A DNA stretch of 64,000 bases from Paecilomyces variotii (lineage: Eukaryota), in the NCBI GenBank assembly GCA_004022145.1, contig RCNU01000005.1; one strand, given 5' to 3'. Within the stretch, counting starts at the first letter, position 1; the number at the start of each line of letters is the position of its first letter. Below the pieces are notes generated by a model. The model made no database searches. It saw nothing but the letters and a program-made list of their open reading frames with translations, and had not been told where the DNA came from. Of this stretch, positions 47,941 through 58,917 are shown piece after piece. Made by a program: the position numbers and the translations under genes.

Positions 47941-49805
47941 ATGGTATTAACACGTCAGGCAAGACCAACCCCGTCCGACGACAGCTTCCCAACCATCCAG
48001 CTATTCCTCCTAGGTAGGTTGACTCGATGCCCCAGTAGAATAATTGAAGACAGCGGTAGACCGCAGGTGCTGACGGATGCGACCACCAGCAATATGTCGT
48101 GTCGCGGAGCCGATAGCCTTGACCTCCATCTTCCCGTACTCATGGGTGATGGTCAAGGACTTCCACATGGGTGATCCCAGTGATGCCTCCTTTTACGCCG
48201 GAATCCTCGTCGCCGCCTTCTCTGCAGCAGAAGCCCTCACGGGCATGTTCTGGGGTGGCCTCTCCGATCGAGTCGGTCGAAAGCCCGTCTTACTGTTCGG
48301 CTGCGTCGGCACGATGATCTCTCTCCTGGTCGTTGGATTCTCGAAGAACTTCGCGATGGCCCTGACCGGAAGGATTGTCGGAGGCCTCCTCAATGGCAAT
48401 ATTGGTGTCATCCAGACCATGGTGGGCGAACTGGTCAAGCGACCGGAGCACGAGCGTAAGTGGTGCAGACATATTCATTTATTTCATAGGCGTCATTGAA
48501 ATGCTAACCTCTTGCTAGCTCGAGCCTACGCCGTGATGCCGTTTGTCTGGTCAATAGGAACAATCATTGGGCCTGGTAGGTTCAGGATGTCTACGATATC
48601 CACGCGAGAAATACTTTGCTGACTCGAGATTGACAGCGATTGGAGGTCTGCTGGCCAAACCCGCTGAAGGTTTCCCCTCTGTCTTCTCCCCGGATGGCTT
48701 GTTCGGAGAGTTCCCTTTCCTACTCCCCAACCTGGTCTGTTCTGTTCTCCTTCTGCTCAGTATCATAGGAGGCCTTTTGTTCCTGCAAGAAACTCACCCG
48801 GACATGCAGCCTTGGAGCATTCCTGAAGAGTTAGACAAATCCACCGCCGAAACGCCCTTGCTACCTCCCTATGGGGCGACTGCAAATGCGAGCGCCGACC
48901 TGCGAGCGGAGTCGTACGGAACATTCAACCAGGTCGATATGCACGAGGATGAGCAGTGGCAGGTTCGGGCTGATGGCCCGATGACCCCCACCTCTCCTTC
49001 GCCCAAGGTCAAGGTCTTTTCCGGACGAGTCGCCATGCTCGTGGTCGCCCTGGGTATCTTCACGTACCACTCCATGACCTATGACCACCTCCTCCCGATT
49101 TTCCTCCAGGACGAAAATCCTCTCAACGTGTCCGCTATCAGCCGCTCTTTTCTCAGCATTCCCGGTGGCGTTGGCCTTTCTACACGGACTGTCGGGCTCA
49201 TCATGTCCGTCGACGGTGTAATTGCGCTCGTGATCCAGAGTCTGGTCTTCCCTCCGCTGGCGGAGCGACTAGGTGTGTGGAAAACGTTTGTTTTCGTTAC
49301 CGTCATGCACCCGATCGCCTACTTTATCGTCCCGTTCCTCGTTTTCCTTCCGCAGGACCTTCTCTTCCCTGGCATCTATACCTGCCTAATCATTCGCAAC
49401 TTCCTGTCCATTATCGCTTATCCGCTGTTGTTGATCCTTATCAAACAAGCGAGCCCTTCTCCCTCTGTTCTCGGTCGGATCAATGGGCTGGCGGCATCGG
49501 CCGGGGCGGCTTGTCGCATGATCGCACCTCCGATTGCTGGTTTCCTCTACAGTGCTGGTACTGAGATAGGTCTCACTGCCATTGCTTGGTGGGCAAGCTC
49601 GCTGGTCGCTCTGATCGGTGCGTTCCAGCTCTGGTTCATCGAGCGGAAGAAGCATGTCACAGTTACGGTGACCGCCGCAACCCCCTGCCTGGCTGCAGCC
49701 ACTCGCTCTTCCGTTGAGGCCCAGTCTCAGAAGGATATTGTTCACATTATGGTCTCAGAGCGCGTCAGGAGTGATTCGGAGGCTTCTTCGACCAACGAAG
49801 TCTAA
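47941..49805 (+). CDS. Major facilitator superfamily transporter, multi-exon
   Basis: FPTIQLFLL|AICRVAEPIALTSIFPY, motif A WGGLSDRVGRKPVLL, GGLLNGNIGVIQTMVGEL, many hydrophobic helices, LGRINGLA. GT-AG introns. Confidence 0.93.
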
Positions 49806-50916
49806 GTCCTTAACTTAAGACAGTGCCAAGAATCTTGCTCACGAGCTCTACCGCTGGGACTGCGTGTGAAAAACCTTGTGACATAACTTTTTCCCTGCGC
49901 GTCTCTTCATTTCTTGTTCTGCTGATGTGATGACTTTCGGCCTTTTATGTGAATGATGACGGGATATGACAAAAAAAGGTCTTCGGCGTTGGCACTTGTT
50001 AATATGTTTCGGCCTTGAACGATCTGGCGCGTCACCCGCTTGGCACTCAGGTTCATTCATAAGGCATTTACAGGTGTTGAGTCTAGCGAGTTTTGCAAAT
50101 GTGTTTACTTTTCTATTATTATTAGCGGATGGCGTTGTCGGAGCGGAAAATAGGCTACGTTCTGTCTCTTGTTATTATTCTAGGTACATTTAGAGGTTAA
50201 TACAAAAATTTGAATGGGTCATGGCCAGGTACTTATACAACAGAAATCAAGTAAGGAGACAATGTCCAGCATAGAAAACTAGAATAGCCACTTGAGCCAA
50301 TCATATGCATAGATTATATGAATCGATACCGGGCTAATCGGAAGTGACGCAACGATCCTATCGAAAACCGTAGAAGCAGTATTATTGTGTTCTACCGGGG
50401 ACAATCTCGGATTGCTTGAGGAGTGAACATCATCACTCGCTATCCGGGCGTTTGAAACGCTCAAACCACAAGCAGGAATACCAACTGTGCACGGCCTTCT
50501 TGTTTGGATTCTAATGACGCAAAAGGCAGAGAAATTCAGGGGACAAATCATTTGGCCCTTGAATAAGAATATCATTAAATACATATGGACGAGATTGGGC
50601 GCTGCTTGGAGTCGCAGAGTCGCAGGCGGAAATTTCCTGAAGTGTCAGATCCGGAACGGGCGGAGATTACGTGAGACGGCTTACCCTGTTATCTGCAACC
50701 CACCTAGATAGAACTACTGCTTTTTAGGCAGACGTATTGCCGGCTCTCTTCCACTTACGCGAAACACATCATTGAATCATGCACAAACGCCGTATGCTAT
50801 TAGACTCGAGGTGATAGCCACGGAAGACCGTGCCATCTGACCGTTTGCTATCTACTTTCTGATCATTACTCACTCACTCGATTGGACAACAGCATTTTCA
50901 ACCTCGAGCAAGAATC

Positions 50917-52821
50917 ATGGTTTCATGGAAGCGGAAGAACAAGAATCGCCGTCGCGGAGATCAAGCAGTGGACAACACTGAGATTGTTTCAGAAACTGTC
51001 GTCCCTGAGAGTCAACCGATTGTCAATCCGCCTCTGTCCATCGCATGCGACTTGCGGGATGCGGCGCAGACATCATTTCCAGTCAGTGAGGTCGAACCAA
51101 CAGGAGACTCGAAGGAAATCGTTCCACACAACCGGGATGCGAGACAGGAAGATCCCCGGATCAAGGCGAAACGGGATGCAGAATTTGGACCCCTCTGCGA
51201 CCCGTCGCATCTCTACGTGAGCCAACACCCCGGAGGGGAAATCCCAGATCAGATCATCGACGAACCGCCCTATTTCTTTCTTCTGACGACCTATATCACT
51301 TTTCTCGTTCTCATTGGGCTGGGTCACTTTAGAGATTTCGTTGGACGATGCTTCCCTTCGCAGTCCAACAGACACTTGAGACATCACGATGGATATGCCC
51401 CGCTATACAGCGATTTTGACAGCTTCTACACTCGACGGCTCAAACTGAGGATCAACGATTGCTTCCAGCGGCCCACAACTGGAGTCCCCGGCAGGAATAT
51501 TACGCTGCTGGACCGCACCACGAAGGATAACCTTCACTTCCAATTGACGGGCACGACGACTGATACCCTGAATCTGAGCTCATACAACTATCTAGGTTTT
51601 GCGCAATCCGAAGGACCGTGTTCGGACAGCGCGGCAGAATCGATCAGACAATGTGGCATCAGTATGTCAGGGTCCGTCGGGGATGCGGCGACGTCGCAGC
51701 TGCTGGTCGACGTCGAGAAACAAATCGCTCGATTCGTCGGTAAAGAAGACGCCATTGTCTTCTCCATGGGTTTTGTTACCAACGCTACTATGTTTCCCGC
51801 GATCATGGAAAGAGGGTGTCTGATCCTGTCAGATGAGTTCAACCATGCGTCGATTCGATTTGGCGCTCGTCTATCTGGCGCCAGCATTCAGGCCTTTGCG
51901 CACAATAACATGGCCGATCTGGAAAGGCGGTTGAGGGAAGCCATCTCGCAGGGGCAGCCTCGAACTCACAGGCCGTGGAAAAAGATCTTGGTTACGGTGG
52001 AAGGCCTGTATTCTATGGAAGGGACCATGGTCAACCTTCCTAGAATTATAGAACTCAAAAAGCGGTACAAGTTTCAGCTGTACATCGACGAGGCTCATTC
52101 TATTGGGGCTGTTGGTGCCTCCGGGCGCGGCGTTTGTGATTACTTCAAGGTTGATCCTGCGGACGTCGACATCCTCATGGGGACATTTACGAAGTCATTT
52201 GGCGCCAACGGCGGCTACGTCGCTGCTGACCGGGCCGTTATCAGGAAGCTGCGACAGACAAATGCAGGCCAACTCTTCGGAGAGGCCCCTTCGCCTCCTG
52301 TACTAGCGCAGATTCTGAGCTCTCTCAGACTTATCGCGGACGAAGATCCCGACCATCCGGGAGAAGGAAAAGAGAGGCTGCAACGATTGGCTTTCAATTC
52401 CCGATATCTACGGCTAGGGCTCAAGCGACTCGGGTTTATCGTGTACGGGCATGACGATTCACCCATCATTCCCTTGATGCTGTACAACCCTGCAAAGATG
52501 CCAGCTTTCTCGCGTGAGATGCTTCGGCGCAAGATCTCTGTCGTAGTTGTCACCTACCCAGCGACGCCTCTTGAGTTGTCCCGCGTGAGGTTCTGCGTTT
52601 CTGCTGCTCACAACAAAGATGATCTCGATCGGCTACTGCAGGCTTGCGATGAGATTGGAGATATTTTGCAGCTCAAGTTCTCTACCGGCATCGCAGGTGG
52701 TCTAAGACAACCGCTTCCTGCAGGTATCAGTTCAGCCAAAAAGGCCATCAAGCCTCCTCGCTGGCCGCTGGAGGAGGTCATTCAGAAAGGCGCTCACGAC
52801 GCAAAGTTGCCTTTGTATTGA
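50917..52821 (+). CDS. lcb2: Serine palmitoyltransferase, Lcb2-type PLP-binding subunit (intronless)
   Basis: FYTRRLKLRINDCF, LNLSSYNYLGFA, SDEFNHASI, VEGLYSMEG, DEAHSIGA, PLP-lysine motif GTFTKSFG, RFCVSAAH. Confidence 0.92.
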   Translation: MVSWKRKNKNRRRGDQAVDNTEIVSETVVPESQPIVNPPLSIACDLRDAAQTSFPVSEVEPTGDSKEIVPHNRDARQEDPRIKAKRDAEFGPLCDPSHLYVSQHPGGEIPDQIIDEPPYFFLLTTYITFLVLIGLGHFRDFVGRCFPSQSNRHLRHHDGYAPLYSDFDSFYTRRLKLRINDCFQRPTTGVPGRNITLLDRTTKDNLHFQLTGTTTDTLNLSSYNYLGFAQSEGPCSDSAAESIRQCGISMSGSVGDAATSQLLVDVEKQIARFVGKEDAIVFSMGFVTNATMFPAIMERGCLILSDEFNHASIRFGARLSGASIQAFAHNNMADLERRLREAISQGQPRTHRPWKKILVTVEGLYSMEGTMVNLPRIIELKKRYKFQLYIDEAHSIGAVGASGRGVCDYFKVDPADVDILMGTFTKSFGANGGYVAADRAVIRKLRQTNAGQLFGEAPSPPVLAQILSSLRLIADEDPDHPGEGKERLQRLAFNSRYLRLGLKRLGFIVYGHDDSPIIPLMLYNPAKMPAFSREMLRRKISVVVVTYPATPLELSRVRFCVSAAHNKDDLDRLLQACDEIGDILQLKFSTGIAGGLRQPLPAGISSAKKAIKPPRWPLEEVIQKGAHDAKLPLY

Positions 52822-53316
52822 GATCTGGGCGGTAGGCTGTCCCTTTGTGGTGGCCACACCGCAGATGATGTTTGGACACGACATTGATAGATGCTTGTAC
52901 CACCTACTTGTACATGCTAATAGTAGTAATCATAATCAAAATAATAATGTCTACAGAATCAATTATTCGTCCGGTAGGCGGTGAGCTCTCGAGTTAATTT
53001 CTGCCACTACACGCCGCCTTTTTCATCTTGTCCTATTCCATATCTGGCTTAGCTTTGTTTACTCCACTTCGGGCATCCCAGCAACGATCTCAAAATAAAC
53101 CAACAGCGCAATATCATCATCTCACAAGCAGCGCCGGTGTCACTGTGCGCAGAGATTGCATCCCTGTATACGCCTTTGCAGTCCCATTGATGCATCCGCA
53201 GATACAGTCTGTGGACACTTCGAATACACTAGTTACCGCACAACCTGGAAAAACTACGGTGCTAGCCCCCCCTCCGTTCAGAACGGCTGCTCAATCATAA
53301 AAAGAGAGAAAAGACA

Positions 53317-55704
53317 ATGTCACCGCTCTCACCTCTTTCTCCTCTCGGATCCTCGAATAATAATTCGAGGATACATTCGCCGATTGCGCCTATACCTCCC
53401 CCTCATATCGTGATGGACGCCTTCCGTTCCGAATCTGGGGACGATTACAAAGAAAACATGCCACCGGCAATGTCGAGTCCTACGAAGAAGACGATGATGA
53501 TGTCTGAGACGAATTATGATTATGAGCGAGAGGAAGAGAAAGCTGCTCCTGAGATCAACTACTCGGAAGCAGATGCGGAGTCAGCGGCTTCTCCACAACA
53601 GCCTCCTAGTTCGCCTTTTAGGTTCGATGCTCGCGATGATACGGTGGATATGGGGATGTTGAGACAGCGCGAGGTGTCGCCTGCTGGTTCTGAGGGACTT
53701 GTGGGCCCAAGTCCGAGGAAGAGGTCGCATTCTGATCTCCACGTTGAGGAGGATGCGGAAGAAGAGCGGCGTCGTAGTCAGGGTCCTGCGGTCGTCGTGG
53801 AAGACAAAGAAGAGGACAAAGAACAGGAGGTGGTTGAAGAAGAGGCGAATGCTGAGATTGATTTTGATGATGAGGGAAGCGTCATTCATCACAGGAGCTT
53901 CAGAGAAAGCGGCAGACGAGACGTTGCCGATAGCATGATGGAGGATAAACGCAATGAAGGCATGAGCACCGTCTACCAGGAGCGTGTTCCTGAGCACGAA
54001 CACACTACTTCTCGGAACAGCTCTGAGGATGAAAATCACGAGTTTCATGATACGATGGATGACAGTTGCTTCAGTACCTTTTCAGCTGTGCCTAATGTCG
54101 ATATGACGATGTTCGCGAAGCTTAGAGGAGAGTCGCCAACGAAGACGATGCGCGATACACCGAGTGCTGCGGCTCAGCTTCGCAGCTCGCCGTACAAAGC
54201 TGTTCCTTCAACACCACGTACTGACAAGCGGGATGGTGGAAGAGGCCCTCTGCTGTTCGAGTCGACTACGCCAGCGGGCTCCCCTACACCGCGCAAGAGA
54301 GGTTTGGGCAATGCGGCTGAGACGCCTAATCTTCTTGACTTTACGGACAGGATGGAGCTTCTGACGAAGAGCTCCAAGCGGTATGACCCAGAGAGTAACC
54401 GTTACTCGCCTCGACGGTCGCCTATGAGACGGACCCGGGAGTCCATCCGATCCCCTGGGAAATATGCGCTCCTTGACTTTGAAATCCCACCAGCTCCTAC
54501 GCCACGGTCGATACCCACTGTCACGCCTCGTGAACTTGAGACCTTGAAGTCTGGGTATCTGTCCGAGATCTCTTCGCTTAAGGCTACGTTGAGCGGAAGG
54601 GAGGCAGAGGTGGCAAGCCTGAAACAAGCTATTGCTGATGCTGAGAGACGTGTTGGTGAGGCTCTGGAAGAGGTTATGAATGAAGCTGCCCGCAAAGAAG
54701 CGCTGGAGGTTGAACAGGCCGAATGGGAGCGGAGAGGCAAGGAAATGGAGAGTGTGCTACGAAGTGTCAGGGATGAGATCGTCCAAGGTGAACTAGAGCG
54801 AGAACGGTTGACCAAGAAGGTCGAGGAGGCCGAAAGATGCAAAGAGCAGCTAGAAGGAAGAATTGTCGAACTGGAAAGTCAGCTCACTGCTGCCAGGAAG
54901 TCCACCGCTACCGAGGCTGGCCCAGCCAGCAGTGACTCGGGCGACAAGAAGACTCCTGATGAAGTGGCAAAGGAAGTACAGGATGCCGTGGAGAGAGTTG
55001 CTCGCGAACTCCACACATTGTACAAGGGAAAGCACGAAACAAAGGTAGCGGCGCTGAAGAAGAGCTACGAGGCCCGCTGGGAGAAGCGCGTCCGGGAGGC
55101 GGAGAATAAATGGAGGCAAGCAATGGAAGAAAACGAGCGTCTCAAGACAGAGCGGGATACGACAATGTCCGGGTCTGTCAACCCCAATGCCAGCATGATG
55201 ATGCGCGAAAATGAAGAGCACGAGGCTGAGAAGCATGTTCTGGAGGCGCAGATCAAGGGTCTGCAGCAGGAAATGCGTGCCTTGAAGAGTGATAACGAAA
55301 AACTGCATTCAGACCTCAAGATGGAGAGAGCAGAGAAGGGAGAGCTTGTTGCGGTAGTTGATGAGTGGCTTGCTATGCAGCAGCAGCAGCAACAGCAGGA
55401 GCAGAGACTATCTGAGGCTCCCAGTTCGCGACAAAGTTCCCTAGAAGCTCCCAGTAAACCGGCGAATCCTGAGCCCGAGAACTTCAAACGAAGCATCAGC
55501 CGCAGCGGTGCGAGTGGCATCAGACCGCCCTCCACCAGCTCTGCTGGCTCTGCTCCTGGGGAGAGAAAGTTGGGACGTTTCGGTGCACCGGCCAGCGGCC
55601 ATTCCAGGGGCAACAGCGGTAGCGGGAAATCCGGCATCGCTGCTCCCACCCCTGGCCGCAGCGGCATCATGAACTCAATCGAGCGTATGGGCCGTGGCAT
55701 CTAG
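53317..55704 (+). CDS. Coiled-coil protein with fungal TACC / Slk19-like domain
   Basis: S/P-rich disordered N-terminus, long coiled coil, and VERVARELHTLYKGKHETKVAALKKSYEARWEKRV, which I recall as the fungal TACC motif. Confidence 0.75.
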   Translation: MSPLSPLSPLGSSNNNSRIHSPIAPIPPPHIVMDAFRSESGDDYKENMPPAMSSPTKKTMMMSETNYDYEREEEKAAPEINYSEADAESAASPQQPPSSPFRFDARDDTVDMGMLRQREVSPAGSEGLVGPSPRKRSHSDLHVEEDAEEERRRSQGPAVVVEDKEEDKEQEVVEEEANAEIDFDDEGSVIHHRSFRESGRRDVADSMMEDKRNEGMSTVYQERVPEHEHTTSRNSSEDENHEFHDTMDDSCFSTFSAVPNVDMTMFAKLRGESPTKTMRDTPSAAAQLRSSPYKAVPSTPRTDKRDGGRGPLLFESTTPAGSPTPRKRGLGNAAETPNLLDFTDRMELLTKSSKRYDPESNRYSPRRSPMRRTRESIRSPGKYALLDFEIPPAPTPRSIPTVTPRELETLKSGYLSEISSLKATLSGREAEVASLKQAIADAERRVGEALEEVMNEAARKEALEVEQAEWERRGKEMESVLRSVRDEIVQGELERERLTKKVEEAERCKEQLEGRIVELESQLTAARKSTATEAGPASSDSGDKKTPDEVAKEVQDAVERVARELHTLYKGKHETKVAALKKSYEARWEKRVREAENKWRQAMEENERLKTERDTTMSGSVNPNASMMMRENEEHEAEKHVLEAQIKGLQQEMRALKSDNEKLHSDLKMERAEKGELVAVVDEWLAMQQQQQQQEQRLSEAPSSRQSSLEAPSKPANPEPENFKRSISRSGASGIRPPSTSSAGSAPGERKLGRFGAPASGHSRGNSGSGKSGIAAPTPGRSGIMNSIERMGRGI

Positions 55705-55939
55705 ACCACTCTCCTCCACAAGCCATGACTGAACGATCCGATTTTTCTATTTGTTTACTTCGTGCACATAATCCTTTTTTCGGGCATGGTGTTTTTAGTG
55801 TCGCTTCAGGCACGGTTGTCGTTGTTTGTCAGGGTATATCTATCTATCTATCTTTCCTTTTTGTTCTGGATAGGAGTGTTGGTCTGGTATGTGATACTGT
55901 ACGTAATAATGAAGTCCTCACAGAAAAATGACCCACGTC

Positions 55940-56190
55940 CTCGTCTTGTGCTTGACAACCTTGAATCGGGGAAGACTTATCATTATCAAATTCCAGGCGT
56001 TAATGGCACTACCACCTCCGATATTTTGAGCTTCGCAACGGCACAAAAGGCCGGGGCTGCATCTGACGGAGATAGGCCAGTATGTTAACTTCTGGAACCT
56101 GATAGCGTACGACTATTCTGGAAGTTGGGACCATGTCGCTGGCCATGACGCCAACGTCCTCCCGTCAAATATAAACTTCACCGGTACACC
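55940..56190 (+). pseudogene. Short relic of a purple acid phosphatase (AphA-like) gene
   Basis: LVLDNLESGKTYHYQIPGVNGTTTSDILSFATAQKAG resembles the FN3-like N-terminal domain of Aspergillus AphA-type phosphatases. No intact catalytic domain follows. Confidence 0.55.
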
Positions 56191-57322
56191 ACTTAATACC
56201 TACAGCCCAGGCCATTGAATACCACACCAGCAAAGGCGTAGATTTAACAAGGGTTTTTTCTTACGTATGCCCCTCTATCACTGGTCATCCTTGGGCACCA
56301 ACGGACCTGGCTCAAGCTATATTGCTAACAGAGAGAAACACGAGAACGAAGAGGTTCCAAAAATGCGAGTACCTAGCTGTCGAGTTGATAACTATCTGAA
56401 ACTATGGAGAAGGATAGAGAACTTGGAACGTGGGCCGCGGATTCTTATAGTTGTCAGAAGTGGTCCTCTAGACCGCGCGAGCCTCGGCTATGTCTGACCT
56501 CATCGACCATTTTGTCCAAAACTGTCAACTCTTTGTCTATTTAGGCTGCTCGAGGGCTTTAATCTGTTCCATATAGTATTCCTTTTTCGTCGCCAGCTAA
56601 TACATAGCTGCTTTTGCCAAATTGCCATTTCGCATTAACGATCTAACTCATCCTACTTAATCGCTGCATGTGTGCCTGTACTGTGTATCAGGGACGAATA
56701 ACTACCATGAATTGAGCGTCTGAATATCCCGCGACTTCACCGAGTGGCCTGTGTAATTTATATGTTTCCCTGTTTTGGTCGGAAAAGCATAGACAACCCA
56801 ACCTGTGTGTTCTCCAACATCTTGAACGAAGGAATAACTACAAAGTTATCAGATTTGGTCAACACCAAAAGACCAGGCTGAAATAAGTGGGCCAGTGTGT
56901 CTGATTTCTCCCCTCAGTTGCGCTTTTTGCGTGTTGTTCGGCTTCTTGTTGCACTCTCTATGCCGCATTTCTCGTCGCAACTAAGAAATAAGGAAGTTAC
57001 CTAGTTATGTTGTGAGCTGTAAGTAAATTTAACTACTCACCACTGATACCATCTATGGCTAGTGCTATTAATTAACTCTCGGTGTGCTGGAAGGACGATG
57101 TGGTATGGTAAGATCAAAATAAAGCTCAATTTTGACTGGTAGTTGATAGGTCACTGGCAATGTTGAGTCAACTATCCCACTATAACTAATACTAATCAAG
57201 CAGTCAAGATACCAAATCCTATCCACATCACTACTCTCAACAGTAGTGAGTATTACGATTTAAGTACTAACTAACTAGCACAATACGATTTAACCAGTCG
57301 AGTCCACTAAGTAACTAGTTAA

Positions 57323-58917
57323 CTAACCTTCGGATTCGAGAACCCACTCAACTTCCTCTGCGACGTTATAATCGAATCGTTCCCGTGATGCTCGTTTGCT
57401 ATTTGCGAATAGACCTATAGTAAAAAATTACGTTCTGTTAACAGCTCACGAATGTTCTTGACGAAAGGAAAGCAAATCAAAACTGAAGTTTTGATGGGGG
57501 CTCACCAGTAACCCAGATAGCAAAATACATAATAAACTCCTCTAGGAGACTCATCTGGCGTCTTCGACTTTGCGTTCTCTTCGCTTCTTGCAGAATATTT
57601 TTGATACGAGGAAGTCGTAGATCCATATGCTTCTTGGCTGCGAGTTTGATGGCTTCTTTCTCCGTTGTGATTTGCGTGGGTAGAGGATCACGATATGCTT
57701 TTCGGAGATAATGGGATAGGAATAGAGAGAAGGATTCCACGTCCTCGAGAGCCTGGGAGGCTCCCTGGCCTGAATTCGGGGGTAGGGCGTGCGCGGCGTC
57801 GCCGAGGAGGATGACGCCGTCGCGTTCCCAGGTGGGGAGTTCGGGGGTCGTCCAGACGGGATACATGCTTTCGACGGTGACTGATTCGATGATTTTTTGG
57901 ATGACGGGGTCGTGCCAGTTGTGGTGGCGTTGGCGGAGTTGGTGGGAGATATCGTCCTTGTTGATGGTTTTGGGATCCGGAGAGGTTGGGATGGAGTAGG
58001 TTGACCACCACATTACGGTGTTGCCTGGTTCGGGGACGTGGGATGGAGAGTCGCGGTTTGGGTCGTCTGGTGAGCTGGAGGAGAATGCGTAGCCGAAGAA
58101 GCCGTTTCCGCCGAGAGTGAATGTCATGGTGCCTGGTTCGACGTGGGTTTTGATATCTGGTGAGACGGGGACGAAGCCGCCGACGCCGACGAAGCCTCTG
58201 CGAGAGGGGATTAGTTTTGGACGAGCAGATTGCATGCATGCATGTATGTATGTATGTATGTATGTATGTACATGTTGGAGTAGAGAGGGGGGAAACATAC
58301 TCGTATTGAGGAGGATAAGGGTCGCCAGTGTTTTCTTGAAATAAGGCATTTTTCGCTGTGCTTTTCAAGCCATCCGCTCCTATGACCAGGTCTGCCTCGA
58401 TAGGGGGAGAACCATCTGCGAATCTGACAATGTTCCTGCCGTCTGCATTCGCGACGACTTCAGATACTCTCTTGTTGAAGATGATATCATCCGGGATGCG
58501 ATCTCGAAGACATCTCCAGAGCGCATGACGACTCATCGACACCGTGTTCATCACGGGCTCTCTGCTTCCCGCAGCAGAGCCCCGGAACAGCTCCCAGCCA
58601 TACGAGCTCTGCATCTTGAAATGCGAGACTGGATATCCCGCTCGGACGACATCTCTGACGAGACTCTCGTCCAGACGAGCGAGAACACCGAGTCCATTTG
58701 GACAGACGCCCAGGCCTCCGCCCACGATCAGGGTCGACGAATGCGTCTCGCCATGGGCAGGACGCTCCCTGAACGTGGTGTCTTTGGCAGTATCGTACGC
58801 TTCATAGATGGTGTAGGTGTGATCTTCAGCCGGTGGAGCCGGTCTGGGTAAATGCTTCCTCAATGCTATATAGGCACCGCAGCCACTGATCCCTGCGCCG
58901 ATGATTACGATTTTCAT
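57323..58917 (-). CDS. FAD-dependent monooxygenase (salicylate hydroxylase/UbiH-like), 3 exons
   Basis: KIVIIGAGISG, ADLVIGADGLKS, ILLGDAAHALPPNSGQGASQALED. Introns near 58297-58199 and 57.5-57.42 kb. Confidence 0.92.
58231..58274. repeat. Intronic (TGCA)n(TGTA)n microsatellite
   Basis: TGCATGCATGCATGTATGTATGTATGTATGTATGTATGTACATG. Confidence 0.9.

Noticed and set aside
53581-55700. Several long antisense ORFs
   Set aside because: Shadows of the 795-aa plus-strand coding sequence.
47941-58917. MFS + SPT + FAD monooxygenase as a sphingolipid-analog biosynthetic cluster
   Set aside because: No PKS or NRPS backbone gene in the window, and a cytoskeletal-type TACC gene lies in between.
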